Program-made: the position numbers and the translations under genes
Source: an uncultured delta proteobacterium
Lineage (GTDB): Bacteria; Desulfobacterota; Binatia; Bin18
Length of the DNA: 64,000 nt
Direction of reading: 5' to 3'
Assembly (NCBI GenBank): GCA_963733195.1
Contig: CAVTCR010000017.1
Location: 1 to 64,000, forward strand
Notes under the pieces: model-generated
What the model saw: only the letters and a program-made list of their open reading frames with translations
Databases searched by the model: none
Told to the model about the DNA's origin: nothing
Shown: in pieces, positions 21,174 to 32,736 of the stretch
How positions within the stretch are numbered: the stretch's first letter is position 1
Layout: each line of letters starts with the position of its first letter

Positions 21174-23684
21174 TTGGACTTTATGGAACCAGGATCGAAC
21201 AACGGATTGGTAACGGTCAACATCGAGCAGGAAATGCGGCAGTCCTACATGGACTACGCGATGAGCGTCATCATCGGAAGAGCCCTTCCAGACGTCAGAG
21301 ACGGACTCAAACCTGTTCATCGTCGCGTTCTCTACGCGATGTCCGAATTGGGGAACGATTGGAACCGAGCGTACAAAAAATCAGCTCGTATCGTTGGCGA
21401 TGTGATCGGTAAGTATCACCCTCATGGTGATGTCGCCGTCTACGACACCATCGTCCGTATGGCGCAAGAGTTTTCCCTGCGTTATCCACTTGTCGATGGA
21501 CAGGGGAATTTTGGTTCTATCGACGGCGACCCTCCGGCAGCCATGCGTTACACCGAAATTCGCATGACCCGTATCGCTGGGGAAATGCTTGCTGATATCG
21601 ATAGAGATACCGTAGATTTCGCTGCAAACTACGATGACTCCACGCATGAACCCCTCGTTCTTCCAGCCAAGGTTCCTAATCTACTCATTAACGGTTCGTC
21701 TGGAATTGCCGTCGGCATGTCGACCAACATTCCTCCACACAACCTTGGGGAAGTGACCGACGCGTTAGTGGCACTGCTCGAGAACCCTTCTCTCAACAAT
21801 ACCGATCTGCGGCGATATATTCCTGGTCCAGATTTTCCCACCGGCGCTTTCATTTACGGTACCAGCGGAATCCGCGAAGCGTATGAAACCGGAAAAGGCA
21901 TCGTACAGATGCGCGCCCGTACCTCCATCGAAACCAACGAGCGCACTGGCAAGAATACTATCATTGTTAACGAGATTCCCTTTCAGGTGAACAAAGCCCG
22001 ACTCATTGAGCGGATTGCTGATTTGGTCAATGAAAAGCGTATCGAGGGGATTTCTGATCTTCGGGACGAATCTGACCGTGAGGGAATGCGTATCGTCATC
22101 GAACTCAAGCGAGACGCCGTGCCCAATGTGGTTGTGAATCAGTTGTACAAATTGACCCCGATGCAAGAGTCCTTCGGGGTTATTCTTCTTGCGATTGTTG
22201 ATGGCCGTCCTAGGCTCCTCACGCTGCGAGATACCCTGACACTGTTTCTTGCTCATCGTCGAGAGGTTGTCCGGAGACGCACGGCTTTCGATTTGAAGAA
22301 AGCCCAGGATCGGCTTCACATTCTCGACGGATTAAGAATTGCACTCAACAGCCTCGATGCGGTACTACAAGTCATTCGCCAAGGACAAAACCCGGCCTCT
22401 GTTCGGCAGACCTTGATGGTGCAATTCTCACTGAGCGAGATCCAAGCGCAGGCAATTCTCGATATGCGTCTGCAACGGCTTACACAGCTTGAGCAAGGAA
22501 AGATCATCGAGGAGTACAACGAAACCGTCGCGTTGATCAATCGCCTACAAGAAGTCTTGGCCAGTGCGCAGGAAATCGACGCGATCATCAAAGAAGAGCT
22601 GAACGACATCAGAACGCGCTTTGCTGACGAACGGCGTACACAAATCGTCTCTGAGACAACTGACCTTTCCGATGAGGACCTGATTGTTGAGGAAGACATG
22701 GTCGTGACGGTCTCTCATGAAGGGTACATCAAGCGGAACCAGGTCACTCTGTATCGCTCACAGCGTCGAGGCGGCAAAGGCGTTGTCGGGGCGACGACAA
22801 GAGAAGAAGATTTTGTCGAGCACCTATTTATTTCCTCTACGCATTCGTTCCTGATGGTGTTCACAACCAGAGGACGTGTGTATTGGGTGAAGGTTCACGA
22901 AATTCCCCAGGGTAGTCGCACCGCGAGAGGGAAAGCACTCGTCAACCTATTACCGTTGCGAGAAGGAGAACGCATCTCCGCTTTTCTGCCTGTACGCGAG
23001 TTTAAGGAAGGGAACTTCCTTATCTTCGCTACACGCAAAGGCTTAGTGAAAAAGACTGAACTGATGGCCTACGCGAATCCACGGCGCGATGGCATTATCG
23101 CTCTTGCCTTAGAGGAAGACGACGAAGTCATCGGTGTGCGGTTGACTGATGGGCAGCAAGAAGTTTTACTCTCAACCAAGAGTGGTCAGGCAATCCGTTT
23201 TTCCGAGGAAGAAGTCAGGCCAACGGGGCGCGGCACCTACGGCGTGAAAGGCATTACGATCGAAGAAAAAGACGCTGTAGTTTCCCTGGAGACTATAAAT
23301 AAAGAGGCGACTCTTTTGACTGTTTCGGCACGAGGCTACGGGAAACGGAGCGACGTTGACGACTATCGAATCCAGTCGCGTGGTGGTAAAGGCGTGATTA
23401 CCATGCGCACCACTGACAAAACCGGGGAAGTCGTTAGTATGCGGCAAGTAAAGGACGATGATCACCTTATGCTGGTGACGGACACAGGAAGAATCATTCG
23501 TCTCCGCATGGCCGAGCTGCGCGTGATTGGCAGAAATACCCAGGGGGTACGCTTACTCAACACCGGCCTAGAAGAACGGTTAGTCAGTCTTGCACTTCTC
23601 GCAGAAAAAGAGGATGAAGTAGTGGCAGAAGAAGTTGTCGTGTCAGTTGAAGAAGACATTACACCTACAGAGGAGGATATATGA
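21174..23684 (+). CDS. gyrA: DNA gyrase subunit A
   Basis: [15 protein letters not shown] and the GyrA box QRRGGKG. Confidence 0.98.
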   Translation: MDFMEPGSNNGLVTVNIEQEMRQSYMDYAMSVIIGRALPDVRDGLKPVHRRVLYAMSELGNDWNRAYKKSARIVGDVIGKYHPHGDVAVYDTIVRMAQEFSLRYPLVDGQGNFGSIDGDPPAAMRYTEIRMTRIAGEMLADIDRDTVDFAANYDDSTHEPLVLPAKVPNLLINGSSGIAVGMSTNIPPHNLGEVTDALVALLENPSLNNTDLRRYIPGPDFPTGAFIYGTSGIREAYETGKGIVQMRARTSIETNERTGKNTIIVNEIPFQVNKARLIERIADLVNEKRIEGISDLRDESDREGMRIVIELKRDAVPNVVVNQLYKLTPMQESFGVILLAIVDGRPRLLTLRDTLTLFLAHRREVVRRRTAFDLKKAQDRLHILDGLRIALNSLDAVLQVIRQGQNPASVRQTLMVQFSLSEIQAQAILDMRLQRLTQLEQGKIIEEYNETVALINRLQEVLASAQEIDAIIKEELNDIRTRFADERRTQIVSETTDLSDEDLIVEEDMVVTVSHEGYIKRNQVTLYRSQRRGGKGVVGATTREEDFVEHLFISSTHSFLMVFTTRGRVYWVKVHEIPQGSRTARGKALVNLLPLREGERISAFLPVREFKEGNFLIFATRKGLVKKTELMAYANPRRDGIIALALEEDDEVIGVRLTDGQQEVLLSTKSGQAIRFSEEEVRPTGRGTYGVKGITIEEKDAVVSLETINKEATLLTVSARGYGKRSDVDDYRIQSRGGKGVITMRTTDKTGEVVSMRQVKDDDHLMLVTDTGRIIRLRMAELRVIGRNTQGVRLLNTGLEERLVSLALLAEKEDEVVAEEVVVSVEEDITPTEEDI

Positions 23685-24151
23685 GTGTTCAAGTCGGACA
23701 AAAGGCGCCGGATTTCACATTGAAGACCAGTAAAATGGAGGACTTCAAGCTTAGTGATCTCCAAGGGAAAAAGAACGTTGTGCTCTTATTCGTTCCGCTC
23801 GCTTTTACCAGTGTATGCACAAAAGAGTTTTGCTCTGTACGAGATAGCGTTAGCTCGCTACAGAATGATAAAACTCAGGTCGTCGGTATTAGTGTCGATA
23901 GTCCTTTTGCTCTTGATGCATGGGCAGCTAAGGAAGGCTATAACTTTCCTCTATTGAGTGACTTTAATAAAACTGTCTCTTCTTCCTATGGAGCGCTTTA
24001 CGATAATCTACTAGGCTTTAACGGTGTTTCTAAGCGATCAGCGTTCGTAATCGACAAGAGTGGAACTGTCAGATATGCCTGGGTTTCAGAAGATGCCAGA
24101 AATATGCCTGAATTCGATCCCATTCGCTCTTGTCTCCAACAATTAGGATAG
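23681..24151 (+). CDS. Peroxiredoxin (AhpE/BCP-like)
   Basis: [18 protein letters not shown] and LLSDFN motifs. Confidence 0.9.
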   Translation: MSVQVGQKAPDFTLKTSKMEDFKLSDLQGKKNVVLLFVPLAFTSVCTKEFCSVRDSVSSLQNDKTQVVGISVDSPFALDAWAAKEGYNFPLLSDFNKTVSSSYGALYDNLLGFNGVSKRSAFVIDKSGTVRYAWVSEDARNMPEFDPIRSCLQQLG

Positions 24152-24155
24152 TAGG

Positions 24156-24187
24156 AGTGGGCAGGGTCACAACCTGCCCACTTTTTC
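24156..24187 (+). terminator. Terminator/REP-like hairpin
   Basis: AGTGGGCAGG-N7-CCTGCCCACTTTTT between convergent genes. Confidence 0.7.
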
Positions 24188-24415
24188 TTCTCGCTTGGGA
24201 AGAACGATTAACGCGAGTACTGCCCACACTCCAAAAACACATCCCAGAACGGTCCACAATCCTTTCGGGTAACCATTGTTGTAAGCAAAAAGGCGGCACA
24301 TCGCACCGTCGAGCAGATGTGCAAAAAAGGCGGTTCCGAGTAATACGGAAAATGGGAGATCGTTCGCGATAAAACGGAACCCGGTAAAGTATCCAAGGAA
24401 AATCTCCCAGTTCAC
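24167..24415 (-). CDS. Small hypothetical membrane protein
   Basis: 82-aa hydrophobic ORF ending ALIVLPKR. Confidence 0.6.
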   Translation of the reverse strand: MNWEIFLGYFTGFRFIANDLPFSVLLGTAFFAHLLDGAMCRLFAYNNGYPKGLWTVLGCVFGVWAVLALIVLPKREEKVGRL

Positions 24416-24487
24416 AGATTTCTCTTTCTCTTCCTCAATTGTCTGTTATACTGCCCATAAATCTTCCGTTCGCTTTATACAGGAACA

Positions 24488-24835
24488 GTGAAAGAAGAAC
24501 AGACCATTTTCGATAAGCTCTATGAAGCAGGCGAAGAAGGCATGGCGCGGTTCGCCAAAGAAGCACTTTCTCACCCAACTGTTTCTGGGTTCATGAAACA
24601 GGCCCTTCGCAATGCGTCATCGACGAAGGGAAAGATAGACAAGAGCATGGATACCTTGCTTGCACTTCTGAATCTTCCCTCAAAAGAGGATTACAACAGA
24701 TTGCTGGCAAAAGTTGAAACTCTCCAGGGCAGTCTGGTCAATCTCAATATCAAGCTTGATCGTCTTCTTGCTGAACAAAATAAGAGAAAAAAGAGTACGC
24801 AGCGGAAGAAAACTGCCCCCCCTCCTAAACCCTAA
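24488..24835 (+). CDS. Phasin/PHA-granule-associated-like coiled-coil protein
   Basis: LNLPSKEDYNRL motif and basic tail. Confidence 0.5.
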   Translation: MKEEQTIFDKLYEAGEEGMARFAKEALSHPTVSGFMKQALRNASSTKGKIDKSMDTLLALLNLPSKEDYNRLLAKVETLQGSLVNLNIKLDRLLAEQNKRKKSTQRKKTAPPPKP

Positions 24836-24963
24836 ACTCTTCTGTTGTGGTAAAGCCCTCTTCTCCTCTTCCGATAAATCTTCTTGCGAATCCGCGGTTG
24901 GTGGGGAATACATCACTATGGTATAATAGTTGCAGTGTTGTGTGGCGTGAGGAATATCCGATC

Positions 24964-26115
24964 ATGAAAAAAAAATCTTTACATAGTGTATGGTTAAGCA
25001 TTTTTACCCTCAGCTTTCTTGTTGTTCTTACTGGCCTTGCTGATGCCTGGGAAGAAGAGAGCTTCTACCAGAAGACGATCATCATTGCCCGCCCGTTCAT
25101 CCTTCCTCAAGGCCCGAAAGATATGCAAGCACAGACCATCGTTGGCTCACCTCGTGAGTATACAATCCAGAAAAAAGATACGCTCCTTGATGTCGCTCGA
25201 TACTTTGACCTTGGATACAATGAGCTGATCCATGCCTATCGCGATATGGATCCTTGGTTACCTCCGGTAGGAGAAACATTAACGCTGCCAACGTTCTGGA
25301 CGCTTCCCAAGAGCAGTAACGAGGGAGTGGTTGTCAACATTCCCGAGATGCGACTCTATTACTTTCCGCCACGAGAAAAAAGTGAAACTCAGCGAATGGT
25401 TGTGACGTTACCAGTGGGGCTTGGACGCGATGATTGGCCCACACCGATCGCCAAGTTCAAAATTCGCGGCAAAACACCAAACCCGACCTGGGTCATTCCT
25501 GAGTCAATCAAAAAAGAGCGCATAGCGGAAAAGGGTTGGACCGAAGACTTCATTCCAGCTGGTTCCCCTGACAATCCGATGGGGAAATATAAAATCGAAC
25601 TTACGCTTCCACTGTACGCGATCCATGACACCAACAATCCGTGGGCAGTTGGGAGATTAGTTACACATGGATGTATTCGTCTGTATCCCGAGGACATTCA
25701 ACAGTTCTTTAACGTCATTCGCGTTGGAGTGCCGGGTGAATTCGTCTATCAACCTGTGAAGGTCGGTTTTCTCAATGGGAGGGTCTACGCTGAGGCTCAT
25801 GAGGACATCTACAATCTGGTCCCTGACCTGTGGGAGGAAGCACAAAAGGTTGCCCGTGAGAGTGGTTGGGAGGATATGATCGATAAGAACCTCTTGCTCA
25901 AAGTCCTGCTGAAGAAAAATGGGGTGCCGACCGACGTTACTCTGGGCTCACGTGTAGAAGAACCGGAGCAATACGAGCAGCCCGAAGAAGTTTATGAGCA
26001 GCAACAGCCGAACGAACAAAAGAGACCCGAAGAAATCATTGAACAGGAAGAGTCGGCAGGAGAGTTTGATAATACCGAAGCTAACAATGCTGGAACAATT
26101 ACCGTGCTTGAGTAG
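24964..26115 (+). CDS. L,D-transpeptidase with LysM-like domain
   Basis: Signal peptide, VVNIPEMRLYYF, DNPMG and THGCIRL motifs. Confidence 0.9.
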   Translation: MKKKSLHSVWLSIFTLSFLVVLTGLADAWEEESFYQKTIIIARPFILPQGPKDMQAQTIVGSPREYTIQKKDTLLDVARYFDLGYNELIHAYRDMDPWLPPVGETLTLPTFWTLPKSSNEGVVVNIPEMRLYYFPPREKSETQRMVVTLPVGLGRDDWPTPIAKFKIRGKTPNPTWVIPESIKKERIAEKGWTEDFIPAGSPDNPMGKYKIELTLPLYAIHDTNNPWAVGRLVTHGCIRLYPEDIQQFFNVIRVGVPGEFVYQPVKVGFLNGRVYAEAHEDIYNLVPDLWEEAQKVARESGWEDMIDKNLLLKVLLKKNGVPTDVTLGSRVEEPEQYEQPEEVYEQQQPNEQKRPEEIIEQEESAGEFDNTEANNAGTITVLE

Positions 26116-26118
26116 GCT

Positions 26119-26508
26119 ATGGAACTGAAGGTTCACACGACTAAGAAATACGAGGTCGTCGACATCACTCAGAAAATTGCAGAGGTCGTAAAAATTGCAA
26201 ATGTCGATGAAGGATTCTGTTGTGTGTTTGTTCCACATGCGACAGCAGCTGTTGTAACTAACGAAAATGACGACATGCAGATTGGACTCGACCTCCTTGA
26301 TGCTCTCGATAAACTTGTCCCTGAGGGAGGATGGCGTCACGACCAAATCGATAGTAACGGCGCCGCGCATCTCAAAGCCGCTATCCTTGGTCCGAGCGAA
26401 ATGATCCCTGTGCAAAAGGGCAAACTTGCTCTCGGCACCTGGCAGGCCGTGCTGTTCGTTGAGCTTGACGGACCACGAGACCGCAAGGTAATTGTGACGG
26501 TCAAATAA
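26119..26508 (+). CDS. YjbQ (UPF0047) family protein
   Basis: PHATAA, NGAAHLKA, LGTWQ and ELDGPR motifs. Confidence 0.9.
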   Translation: MELKVHTTKKYEVVDITQKIAEVVKIANVDEGFCCVFVPHATAAVVTNENDDMQIGLDLLDALDKLVPEGGWRHDQIDSNGAAHLKAAILGPSEMIPVQKGKLALGTWQAVLFVELDGPRDRKVIVTVK

Positions 26509-26588
26509 ACAGACCTGCCCATGGGGATTTCTCTCCATAGGCAGTCTTTTCCTCTTCCTCACCCTGCACTTCCGGAAACCTCACCCTT

Positions 26589-27281
26589 ATGCAACCGATC
26601 AAAGAATGGCCTGAGTCAGATCGCCCGCGCGAGAAGCTGCTTGAACACGGACCTGAGTCTCTCTCTCCTGCTGAGTTGCTGGCCATCATCCTCCGTACAG
26701 GAGAAGCCAGTACTGGACAAAGCGCTTTAGATCATGGTCGTGCGCTCATGACTCTCTGTGAAAACTCCTTTCGCATGTTGGCAGATGCAAGCACACAGGA
26801 GCTCTGTACGATTAAAGGGATCGGTCCAGCCAAGGCGGCACAGATCAAAGCCGCGTTGGAAATCGCTAGACGATTCTCACAAGAACAGATTAAGCAGGGT
26901 GAGCAATTCCGTTCCAGTGTCGAGATCTTCAATCACTATCACGAACAGCTCGGCAGTCTGAAGAAAGAAGAATTCCATGTTCTCTTGCTTGATGCCAAAA
27001 ATAGAAAAATCAGAGACGTACGTGTTTCAGAAGGTTCCTTGACTTCGTCTCTCGTCCATCCGCGTGAGGTATTTAACCCAGTGATCCGTGAATCTGCTGC
27101 GGCTGTGGTACTCGTACATAACCATCCCAGTGGCGATCCTACACCGAGTCAAGAAGACTTACACATCACCCGTAGGCTCCGGGACGTCGGAGACATCATG
27201 GGGGTACGTGTTCTCGACCATCTCATCATTGGGAAAGGGAAATACGTGAGTTTCGTCGATGACGGCTACTGGGAACGATAG
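26589..27281 (+). CDS. radC: RadC (JAB domain)
   Basis: RPREKL, VHPREVF, HNHPSGD and LDHLIIG motifs. Confidence 0.95.
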   Translation: MQPIKEWPESDRPREKLLEHGPESLSPAELLAIILRTGEASTGQSALDHGRALMTLCENSFRMLADASTQELCTIKGIGPAKAAQIKAALEIARRFSQEQIKQGEQFRSSVEIFNHYHEQLGSLKKEEFHVLLLDAKNRKIRDVRVSEGSLTSSLVHPREVFNPVIRESAAAVVLVHNHPSGDPTPSQEDLHITRRLRDVGDIMGVRVLDHLIIGKGKYVSFVDDGYWER

Positions 27282-27305
27282 CAGAAGAAGGAAAGAACAT
27301 CGGCT

Positions 27306-28163
27306 ATGGCATTGAACCGCGCCCTCGTTGGCAAGCACTATCCACCACAGGATTATGGTGTGACTGCTGAAGCAATCTTTAAATATGCCCGGGCCTACAA
27401 CGAAGATAATCCGTGGTTTCTTGCCGGAGAGCGACCGGGCGGAGTTGTCGCCTCCCCCATGTTTGGCGTAGTTGCTAGCTGGCTCTCGATTATGACAGTT
27501 GTGACTGACAGTGACTTACATGTCGACGTCCTTCGGTTACTCCACAGTGAGCAAGACATGCAGTTTTTCCAACCTCTCGTACCCGGCGATATCGTTACGA
27601 GTACGGCTATTGTTGCCGCTATCGAAGAAGAAGCTATGGGAGAGTCAATAGCTATAGATGTTAACTGTGTGAATCAGCGAGCAGAGCAAGTTCAGACGAT
27701 GCGCTTCACCGCCTTGATTCGTGGGCGGAGCAGTCGAGAAAGAAAACGTCTACCATCGACTAGTGAAGCAACACCTATAGGGAAGGCGTTGTTTCAGGTC
27801 CGGCAGACAATCGACGATGATCAAACTTACCGCTACGCCAAAGCTTCCGGCGATTACAACCCGATTCATGTTGATGAGAACGTTGCGAAATTAGCTGGTC
27901 TTCCTGGGATTATCGTGCATGGTCTGTGTACGATGGCTTTTACATCCAAGGTGATGATCGATCACGTGTGTGACGGTGATCCTCGTCGTTTGCGCCGCCT
28001 ACGAGCACGATTCTCTCGCCCAGTCTTTCCTGGTCAAGAAATCACCACTGCGGCGTGGTCTCTCCCAGACCGCGATGGTCTCAAGGTCTACGCATATGAA
28101 ACGTACAATCCCGATGGGAAAGACGTCATTCGAGAAGGTCTTGCAGAAGTCGCCTCCGCCTAG
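27306..28163 (+). CDS. Double-hotdog MaoC-type (R)-enoyl-CoA hydratase
   Basis: [15 protein letters not shown] and HGLCT motifs. Confidence 0.88.
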   Translation: MALNRALVGKHYPPQDYGVTAEAIFKYARAYNEDNPWFLAGERPGGVVASPMFGVVASWLSIMTVVTDSDLHVDVLRLLHSEQDMQFFQPLVPGDIVTSTAIVAAIEEEAMGESIAIDVNCVNQRAEQVQTMRFTALIRGRSSRERKRLPSTSEATPIGKALFQVRQTIDDDQTYRYAKASGDYNPIHVDENVAKLAGLPGIIVHGLCTMAFTSKVMIDHVCDGDPRRLRRLRARFSRPVFPGQEITTAAWSLPDRDGLKVYAYETYNPDGKDVIREGLAEVASA

Positions 28164-28591
28164 AAAGGAATATCATCATCCGACGGTACTGGGCCACCAC
28201 TGAACTCATCAAAGCTACCTGCGCCTCCGCCCTCCGCTGCTGCTGTACCGCGTCCACCACCACTGCCACCAAGAAACTGTATGCGTTGCGCAACAACCTC
28301 GGTAATATAGCGCTTGTTTCCTTCCTTATCGTCATAGCTCCGTGAACGGATCGCGCCTTCGACATACACTTGTCGTCCTTTGGCAAGATACTGACCACAG
28401 GATTCAGCTTGCTTGCCCCACACCACCACGTTGTGCCACTCGGTTCGCTCTTGCCGGCTGTTTTCCTGATCCGTCCAGCTATCAGTTGTTGCAAGCGGAA
28501 ACTTCGCCACCGCTCGCCCACTTGGCGTAAAGCGCACTTCTGGATCCTTGCCGAGATTGCCGACGAGAATGACTTTGTTAACCGAGGCCAT
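28160..28591 (-). CDS. ssb: Single-stranded DNA-binding protein
   Basis: [15 protein letters not shown] start and DDDIPF tail. Confidence 0.98.
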   Translation of the reverse strand: MASVNKVILVGNLGKDPEVRFTPSGRAVAKFPLATTDSWTDQENSRQERTEWHNVVVWGKQAESCGQYLAKGRQVYVEGAIRSRSYDDKEGNKRYITEVVAQRIQFLGGSGGGRGTAAAEGGGAGSFDEFSGGPVPSDDDIPF

Positions 28592-28739
28592 GGTAGGTTC
28601 CTCCTGTTCTGCACCGTAACATTTAGGCTATTGAAGTCAATCATAATGGAGAACGGGAATCAGGGGGTGAAGGTCGGTTCTCCTATTGGCTCATTGCTGA
28701 GAACGTGCTGCTTCCCTATAGTCCTGTACAAACCAACAC

Positions 28740-30515
28740 GTGGGGGCGGAAGTGAAAGTTTGTCGTTATCTCTCTGTCTCTCTATCTCTCTATCTTTCAA
28801 TTTTTCTCATTTTTCCGCTGGCAGGAAACGCAGCTGAGCCGCGAAATCTAGAAAAGTATGGTCCGTTTATTGCCACCGGTCATCAGGGGATGGTTGTCAC
28901 CGCTGGTGAGCAAGCGAGTGAAGCCGGGCTGGCCATGCTGCGTCAGGGAGGAACTGCGGTTGATGCTGCAGTAGCCGCGTCGTTTGCTGTCAGTGTCATC
29001 CGTCCACAATCGACTGGTATTGGTGGTGGGGGGTTCTTCCTTTTATATCTTGCCAAGAAGAAGGAAACGATCGCGATCGACTTCCGCGAACGCGCTCCCC
29101 TCGCAGCCACGCGAGATATGTTTATCCGTGATGGCAAAGCTGTCCCCGAGCTGAGCCGCAATGGCCCTCTTGCTGTCGCGGTTCCAGGTGTCATCGCTGG
29201 ACTGGTGGACATACAGAAAAAGTACGGCACCATGCCCCTCGCAAAAGTCATGGCCCCAGCCATTCGTTTGGCAGACGAGGGATTTCCAATCTACCCACAA
29301 TTGGCAGAAGCGATTCGGTATCGCACCAAACTTCTTGGTGATTCCCCAGCTACCCGCGCGATCTATTATCGTGATGACCGTCCGCTCGGAGAAGGAGAAC
29401 TTCTTATTCAGAAGGACCTCGCGAAAACTCTCCGTGGCATTGCACGCAAAGGAAAGAACGCCTTCTACAAGGGTAAAGTAGCCATAGCGATCGTGCAAGA
29501 AATGCAAGCTCGTGGTGGTCTAATCACCCAAGAGGACTTGGATACATATCGAGTCCTTTATCGCCCCCCAGTGACTGGGACCTTCCATGAGGCCCAGATC
29601 CATGCCATGCCGCCGCCGAGTTCTGGGGGAGTACTCATCACACAAATGCTCAATGTGCTATCTGGGTTTCCTCTGCAACAGATTGGCTTTCACACCCCGA
29701 AAGGAATCCACTTACTGACAGAAACGTTGCGTCTGGCGTTTCGTGATCGTGCGCAATACCTTGGTGACCCAGATTTTGCTGAAGTGCCCATGACTATGCT
29801 GGCCTCAGAGAAGTATGCCGCTGAACAACGGGCCAAGATCGACCAGGCGAAAGCAACCCCGAGTAATGCCGTACCTGCGACCCCAGCGGGAAAGATCGAG
29901 TCAACAAGTACGACTCATCTCTCTGTGATTGATAGGCACGGAAATGCTGTCGCGACGACACAAACAGTGAATCTTTACTTCGGCAGTGGAGTAATGGTGC
30001 CAGGTACGGGAATTCTCCTCAACAATGAAATGGACGACTTCAGCGCGCAGCCGATGAATCCCAATGCGTTTGGGCTTATCGGCGTTACAGATGCAAACAC
30101 GATCGCCCCACGGAAGACGCCACTGAGCAGTATGAGTCCAACGATCGTAACCAAGAACGGCAAAGTTATTTTGATTACCGGCAGTCCCGGCGGCTCTCGC
30201 ATTATTAGCTCGACCTTGCAAGTCTTGCTCAATACCCTTGCATACGACATGTCATTGCCAGAGGCGATGTTTGCCCCGCGTATTCATCATCAATGGTTTC
30301 CCGATGAACTGCAGCTCGAAGTCCAAAAAGGTGAAGAACCCGAAGGACTTGCTGCTGCACTCCGCCAGATGGGGCACACCGTGAAACCTGTCGAGGCAAA
30401 CAATGATGGGCGCCATCTGTTCGGCAACGTACAAGCGATTCATGTTGATGCTGACTCGGGACTGATCACTGGAGTGTCTGACCCACGTGGGGAAGGAAGA
30501 CCGAGGGGTTTCTGA
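28740..30515 (+). CDS. ggt: Gamma-glutamyltransferase
   Basis: IDFRERAP, TTHLSV, LNNEMDDF, PLSSMSP and GSPGG motifs. Confidence 0.95.
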   Translation: MGAEVKVCRYLSVSLSLYLSIFLIFPLAGNAAEPRNLEKYGPFIATGHQGMVVTAGEQASEAGLAMLRQGGTAVDAAVAASFAVSVIRPQSTGIGGGGFFLLYLAKKKETIAIDFRERAPLAATRDMFIRDGKAVPELSRNGPLAVAVPGVIAGLVDIQKKYGTMPLAKVMAPAIRLADEGFPIYPQLAEAIRYRTKLLGDSPATRAIYYRDDRPLGEGELLIQKDLAKTLRGIARKGKNAFYKGKVAIAIVQEMQARGGLITQEDLDTYRVLYRPPVTGTFHEAQIHAMPPPSSGGVLITQMLNVLSGFPLQQIGFHTPKGIHLLTETLRLAFRDRAQYLGDPDFAEVPMTMLASEKYAAEQRAKIDQAKATPSNAVPATPAGKIESTSTTHLSVIDRHGNAVATTQTVNLYFGSGVMVPGTGILLNNEMDDFSAQPMNPNAFGLIGVTDANTIAPRKTPLSSMSPTIVTKNGKVILITGSPGGSRIISSTLQVLLNTLAYDMSLPEAMFAPRIHHQWFPDELQLEVQKGEEPEGLAAALRQMGHTVKPVEANNDGRHLFGNVQAIHVDADSGLITGVSDPRGEGRPRGF

Positions 30516-30672
30516 ATCGGATACTTGGGGAGAAAAGGAGAAATGGGTAAAAGGGAGAAGGAAGAGACAAAGGCAAAAAAAGAGAAAAGAGATTCTTCGC
30601 ACCCTTCCTCTCACTTCGCTTTTTTTCCCTGAGTTGATACTGATTGCTTACCGGTTCATGAAGGAGCGATAT

Positions 30673-31848
30673 ATGACCAACCCAACTGACTACTACCAGA
30701 TCGAAGAAATGTTGAGTGAAGAAGAACGTCTGGTGCGCGATGTCGCGCGCCGTTTTGTTGATGAGGAGTTTCTGCCCCGCGTTCAGAAAAGCTTCCGCGA
30801 GGGCAGTTTCCCGATGGATCTGGTTCCTCGCTTGGGCCAACTTGGATTCCTCGGGATCACGTTACCGACCCAGTACGGCTGTGCTGGTCTTAACAGCGTT
30901 GCCTATGGGCTAGTGAGCCAGGAATTAGAACGTGGCGATAGTGGGCTGCGCTCATTTGCGAGTGTCCAATCATCATTGGTGATGTACCCGATATATACGT
31001 TCGGGTCCGAGGCGCAGAAAAGCTTCTGGCTGCCACGTATGGCGCGAGCTGAGGCGATTGGGTGTTTTGGTCTTACTGAGCCGGACTTCGGTTCCAATCC
31101 TGGCGGCATGCTCACCCGTGCCAAACGCGAGAAAGGAGGCTTTGTCCTCAATGGCACCAAACGCTGGATCACAAACGGTTCTGTTTCTGATGTTGCGGTG
31201 GTGTGGGCAAAGCTCGAAGAAAACGGCAGAGATACTATTCGTGGCTTTCTCGTGGAGAAGGAACGCAAGGGGTTCAGCCGACCTGATATTGAGGGTAAGT
31301 TCAGCATGCGTGCCTCAATCACCTCCGAGTTAATCTTCGAGGACTGTTGGATTCCTGAGGAGAATATCTTGCCAGGCTCAGGTGGCCTCAAGTCACCGCT
31401 GATGTGTCTGACGCAAGCGCGCTACGGTATTTCCTGGGGTGCAATCGGCGCAGCGATTGCCTGCTACGAGAGCGCAGTGGACTATGCCAAGAACCGGATC
31501 ATGTTCGCTAAGCCAATCGGCGGTTATCAACTCGTACAAGCGAAATTGGTCTGGATGATTACCGAGATCACCAAGGCGCAGCTTCTTTCCCTCCGCTTAG
31601 GGAGGTTGAAGGACAGTGGGAAAATGCGTCCTGAGCATGTGAGCATGGCCAAGATGAACAATGTCTCTACCGCGCTACACATCTCCCGCTTAGCACGTGA
31701 CATCCTCGGAGCGAACGGTATCACCGATGACTATCCGATCATTCGTCATATGTTGAACCTCGAAACCGTGAATACCTACGAAGGGACTGAAGATATCCAT
31801 CGCTTGACCATCGGGCGTGACATCACAGGATTGAATGCGTTTGAGTGA
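30673..31848 (+). CDS. Glutaryl-CoA dehydrogenase-like acyl-CoA dehydrogenase
   Basis: ELERGDSGLRS, GCFGLTEPDFGS and TYEGT motifs. RBS AAGGAG before ATG 30673. Confidence 0.88.
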   Translation: MTNPTDYYQIEEMLSEEERLVRDVARRFVDEEFLPRVQKSFREGSFPMDLVPRLGQLGFLGITLPTQYGCAGLNSVAYGLVSQELERGDSGLRSFASVQSSLVMYPIYTFGSEAQKSFWLPRMARAEAIGCFGLTEPDFGSNPGGMLTRAKREKGGFVLNGTKRWITNGSVSDVAVVWAKLEENGRDTIRGFLVEKERKGFSRPDIEGKFSMRASITSELIFEDCWIPEENILPGSGGLKSPLMCLTQARYGISWGAIGAAIACYESAVDYAKNRIMFAKPIGGYQLVQAKLVWMITEITKAQLLSLRLGRLKDSGKMRPEHVSMAKMNNVSTALHISRLARDILGANGITDDYPIIRHMLNLETVNTYEGTEDIHRLTIGRDITGLNAFE

Positions 31849-31899
31849 GGGGTTGTGTTTCCTTTTTCCGTTTAGCGTGGAGGCAGAAACAGGATGCTC

Positions 31900-31979
31900 C
31901 TGGATTCCGGGTCTCGCGGTGCTCGCCCGGAATGACGGAGGGGATGGTCTTCGTCATTCCAGCGAAAGCTGGAATCCAG
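31900..31979. repeat. Inverted pair of GTCATTCC..GGAATCCAG REP-type palindromes
   Basis: CTGGATTCCGG..CCGGAATGAC followed by GTCATTCCAGCGAAAGCTGGAATCCAG. Confidence 0.75.
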
Positions 31980-32064
31980 AGGGAGGCGAAGAGCGGGGAG
32001 TTTTGTTGCTGAGCAGTAGCGTGAAGATGCTCTTGTTTTTCTCTGTCTCGATCTCTGTCTCATT

Positions 32065-32730
32065 ATGCTTCCTCCCTACGACACTGAACCCTTCGACCTC
32101 ACGATTGGTGCACGACAGCTCACGCTCCTCCGCGTAAAAGATTTAGAACGCTGGGTCGATCGCGAGGCGCTTCTGCGTGACGAAACTGAAGAACCACCAT
32201 ACTGGGCGCATTTGTGGACGGGAGCACTTACACTCGCTCGCTACGTGGAGGAACGAATCGATTGTCGAAACCTCAGCATCCTCGACCTTGGTTGCGGTCT
32301 TGGCCTCACCGGCATCATAGCTTCCCTGAAAGGTGGGCGAGTCACCTTCGCAGACAAAGACCCTACGGCAGTTGCATTTGCTACGATGAACGCGCAGATG
32401 AACAATTGTCCGTTGTTTGAAGCGCAAGCCGCCGATTTCACTCACGATACGCTCGACTCTCAATTTTCTCTCATTCTTGGTGCGGAGATTCTCTATGACC
32501 GCCCAACGTTTCTCGCGCTTGTGACTTTCCTCACCCGCCATTTAACCCCAAGTGGAACGGCACTCTTTGCCGACGCACAACGCACCAACACCGAGGAATT
32601 TTACCGTCAATTAGACAGCGCTGGGTTACAGTGGACGAGCGAAGAAGTACAGGAGCGAGAAGATAAGTTGCCACTTAACGTCAGCATCGTTACTATTCGC
32701 AAACTGCCAACAGAGAACAGCCTCGGATAG
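32065..32730 (+). CDS. Family-16-like SAM-dependent protein methyltransferase
   Basis: PPYWAHLW, LDLGCGLG and GAEILY motifs. Confidence 0.8.
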   Translation: MLPPYDTEPFDLTIGARQLTLLRVKDLERWVDREALLRDETEEPPYWAHLWTGALTLARYVEERIDCRNLSILDLGCGLGLTGIIASLKGGRVTFADKDPTAVAFATMNAQMNNCPLFEAQAADFTHDTLDSQFSLILGAEILYDRPTFLALVTFLTRHLTPSGTALFADAQRTNTEEFYRQLDSAGLQWTSEEVQEREDKLPLNVSIVTIRKLPTENSLG

Positions 32731-32736
32731 TGAACG

